Source of the DNA: Auanema rhodensis
Taxonomy: Eukaryota; Animalia; Nematoda
NCBI GenBank assembly: GCA_964057225.1
Contig: OZ059897.1
Span: 16,182,001 to 16,246,000 of the forward strand
Direction of reading: 5' to 3'
Length of the DNA: 64,000 nucleotides
Position numbers and translations under genes: made by a program. The notes beneath the pieces are model-generated. The model saw nothing but the letters and a program-made list of their open reading frames with translations, did not search any database and was not told where the DNA came from. The first letter of the stretch is position 1. Every line of letters begins with the position of its first letter. Of this stretch, positions 61,901-64,000 are shown piece after piece.

Positions 61901-64000
61901 TTTGAGGTTGGGTATTCAGATGTGTAGAATCTCAATTTCTTAGTGAGATTTGGCTGGGATTTCTGCTTTTTCCGGAAAAGGGGTTTATACCGAGACCATC
62001 CACAAGATTTGTTCACAAAAAAGTTCAGGCTGTAGTCACGTTCTGCCCGGTGAATGAACATTTTTTTCAAAAATCATCTTCTAAAATCTAATAAAAATAG
62101 TTTGAGGTTGGGTATTCAGATGTGTAGAATCTCAATTTCCTAGTGAGATTTGGCTAGGATTTCTGCTTTTTCCGGAAAAGGGGTTTATACCGAGACCATC
62201 CACAAGATTTGTTCACAAAAAAGTTCAAGCTGTAGTCACGTTCTGCCCGGTGAATGAACATTTATTTCGAAAATCATCTACTAAAATCTAATAAAAATAG
62301 TTTGAGGTTGGGTATTCAGATGTGTAGAATCTCAATTTCCTAGTGAGATTTGGCTGGGATTTCTGCTTTTTCCGGAAAATGGGTTTATACCGAGACCATC
62401 CACAAGATTTGTTCACAAAAAAGTTCAAGCTGTAGTCACGTTCTGCCCGGTGAATGAACCTTTTTTTCAAAAATCATCTACTAAAATCTAATAAAAATAG
62501 TTTGAGGTTGGGTATTCAGATGTGTAGAATCTCAATCTCCTAGTGAGATTTGGCTAGGACTTCTGCTTTTTCCGGAAAAGGGGTTTATACCGAGACCATC
62601 CACAAGATTTGTTCACAAAAAAGTTCAAGCTGTAGTCACGTTCTGCCCGGTGAATGAACATTTTTTTCGAAAATCATCTACTAAAATCTAATAAAAATAG
62701 TTTGAGGTTGGGTATTCAGATGTGTAGAATCTCAATCTCCTAGTGAGATTTGGCTAGGACTTCTGCTTTTTCCGGAAAATGGGTTTATACCGAGACCATC
62801 CACAAGATTTGTTCACAAAAAAGTTCAGGCTGTAGTCACGTTCTGACCGGTGAATGAACATTTTTTTCAAAAATCATCTACTAAAATCTAATAAAAATAG
62901 TTTGAGGTTGGGTATTCAGATGTGTAGAATCTCAATTTCCTAGTGAGATTTGGCTAGGATTTCTGCTTTTTCCGGAAAAGGGGTTTATACCGAGACCATC
63001 CACAAGATTTGTTCACAAAAAAGTTCAGGCTGTAGTCACGTTCTGACCGGTGAATGAACATTTTTTTCAAAAATCATCTACTAAAATCTAATAAAAATAG
63101 TTTGAGGTTGGGTATTCAGATGTGTAGAATCTCAATCTCCTAGTGAGATTTGGCTAGGACTTCTGCTTTTTCCGGAAAACGGGTTTATACCGAGACCATC
63201 CACAAAATTTGTTCACAAAAAAGTTCAGGCTGTAGTCACGTTCTGACCGGTGAATGAACATTTTTTTCAAAAATCATCTACTAAAATCTAATAAAAATAG
63301 TTTGAGGTTGGGTATTCAGATGTGTAGAATCTCAATTTCCTAGTGAGATTTGGCTAGGATTTCTGCTTTTTCCGGAAAAGGGGTTTATACCGAGACCTTC
63401 CACAAGATTTGTTCACAAAAAAGTTCAGGCTGTAGTCACGTTCTGCCCGGTGAATGAACATTTTTTTCAAAAATCATCTACTAAAATCTAATAAAAATAG
63501 TTTGAGGTTGGGTATTCAGATGTGTAGAATCTCAATTTACTAGTGAGATTTGGCTAGGACTTCTGCTTTTTCCGGAAAAGGGGTTTATACCGAGACCATC
63601 CACAAGATTTGTTCACAAAAAAGTTCAGGCTGTAGTCACGTTCTGCCCGGTGAATGAACATTTTTTTCAAAAATCATCTACTAAAATCTAATAAAAATAG
63701 TTTGAGGTTGGGTATTCAGATGTGTAGAATCTCAATTTACTAGTGAGATTTGGCTAGGACTTCTGCTTTTTCCGGAAAAGGGGTTTATACCGAGACCATC
63801 CACAAGATTTGTTCACAAAAAAGTTCAGGCTGTAGTCACGTTCTGACCGGTGAATGAACATTTTTTTCAAAAATCATCTACTAAAATCTAATAAAAATAG
63901 TTTGAGGTTGGGTATTCAGATGTGTAGAATCTCAATTTCCTAGTGAGATTTGGCTAGGATTTCTGCTTTTTCCGGAAAAGGGGTTTATACCGAGACCATC
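38000..64000 (+). repeat. Tandem satellite array, 200-bp monomer, roughly 133 copies in the window, continuing past the window end
   Basis: Consensus AAGTTCAGGCTGTAGTCACGTTCTGCCCGGTGAATGAACATTTTTTTCAAAAATCATCTACTAAAATCTAATAAAAATAGTTTGAGGTTGGGTATTCAGATGTGTAGAATCTCAATTTCCTAGTGAGATTTGGCTAGGAYTTCTGCTTTTTCCGGAAAAGGGGTTTATACCGAGACCATCCACAAGATTTGTTCACAAAA recurs every 200 bp with a few substitutions per copy. There is one 1-bp deletion (~42849) and six 104-bp monomers. Confidence 0.99.

Noticed and set aside
38465-62470. Five 60-aa minus-strand ORFs (MKKMFIHRAERDY...) within the satellite
   Set aside because: They start at TTG and are open only in the few monomers where point variants remove stop codons. 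This is a by-product of satellite variation.
38000-64000. CRISPR array or coding tandem repeat
   Set aside because: Whole 200-bp units repeat with no unique spacers, there are no cas genes, and the context is eukaryotic.

Overview
AT-rich eukaryotic genomic DNA, most likely from a rhabditid nematode. The basis is very short ~42-50 nt introns, TTTCAG/TTTAG-type acceptors, candidate trans-splice acceptors just upstream of start codons, and nematode-like proteins. The window has three zones. (1) 1-16.5 kb: the 3' end of an SLC12A8-like cation-chloride cotransporter gene, then ~14 kb with no recognisable coding sequence. (2) 16.6-37 kb: a compact gene cluster of a divergent polo-like kinase, a KLHL2/3-type BTB-Kelch gene, XPF/ERCC4 (with a complete inositol-3-phosphate synthase gene nested antisense in a 3.2 kb intron), a secreted PAN/apple-domain gene, ribosomal protein L35A and an unidentified type I membrane protein. 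(3) 37.2-64 kb: an abrupt ~0.8 kb junction, then >26 kb of a homogeneous 200-bp tandem satellite that runs off the window end. The junction holds a long hairpin, an intron-containing tRNA-Ile(UAU) whose 5' end sits in a palindrome, a truncated tRNA copy and ~1.6 inverted diverged satellite monomers. The satellite contains a recurrent 104-bp deletion monomer and multi-kb higher-order duplications. The junction and satellite are the most unusual part; that they mark a programmed-DNA-elimination or chromatin-domain boundary is a hypothesis, not something shown by the sequence. Exon boundaries were read by eye and are approximate.
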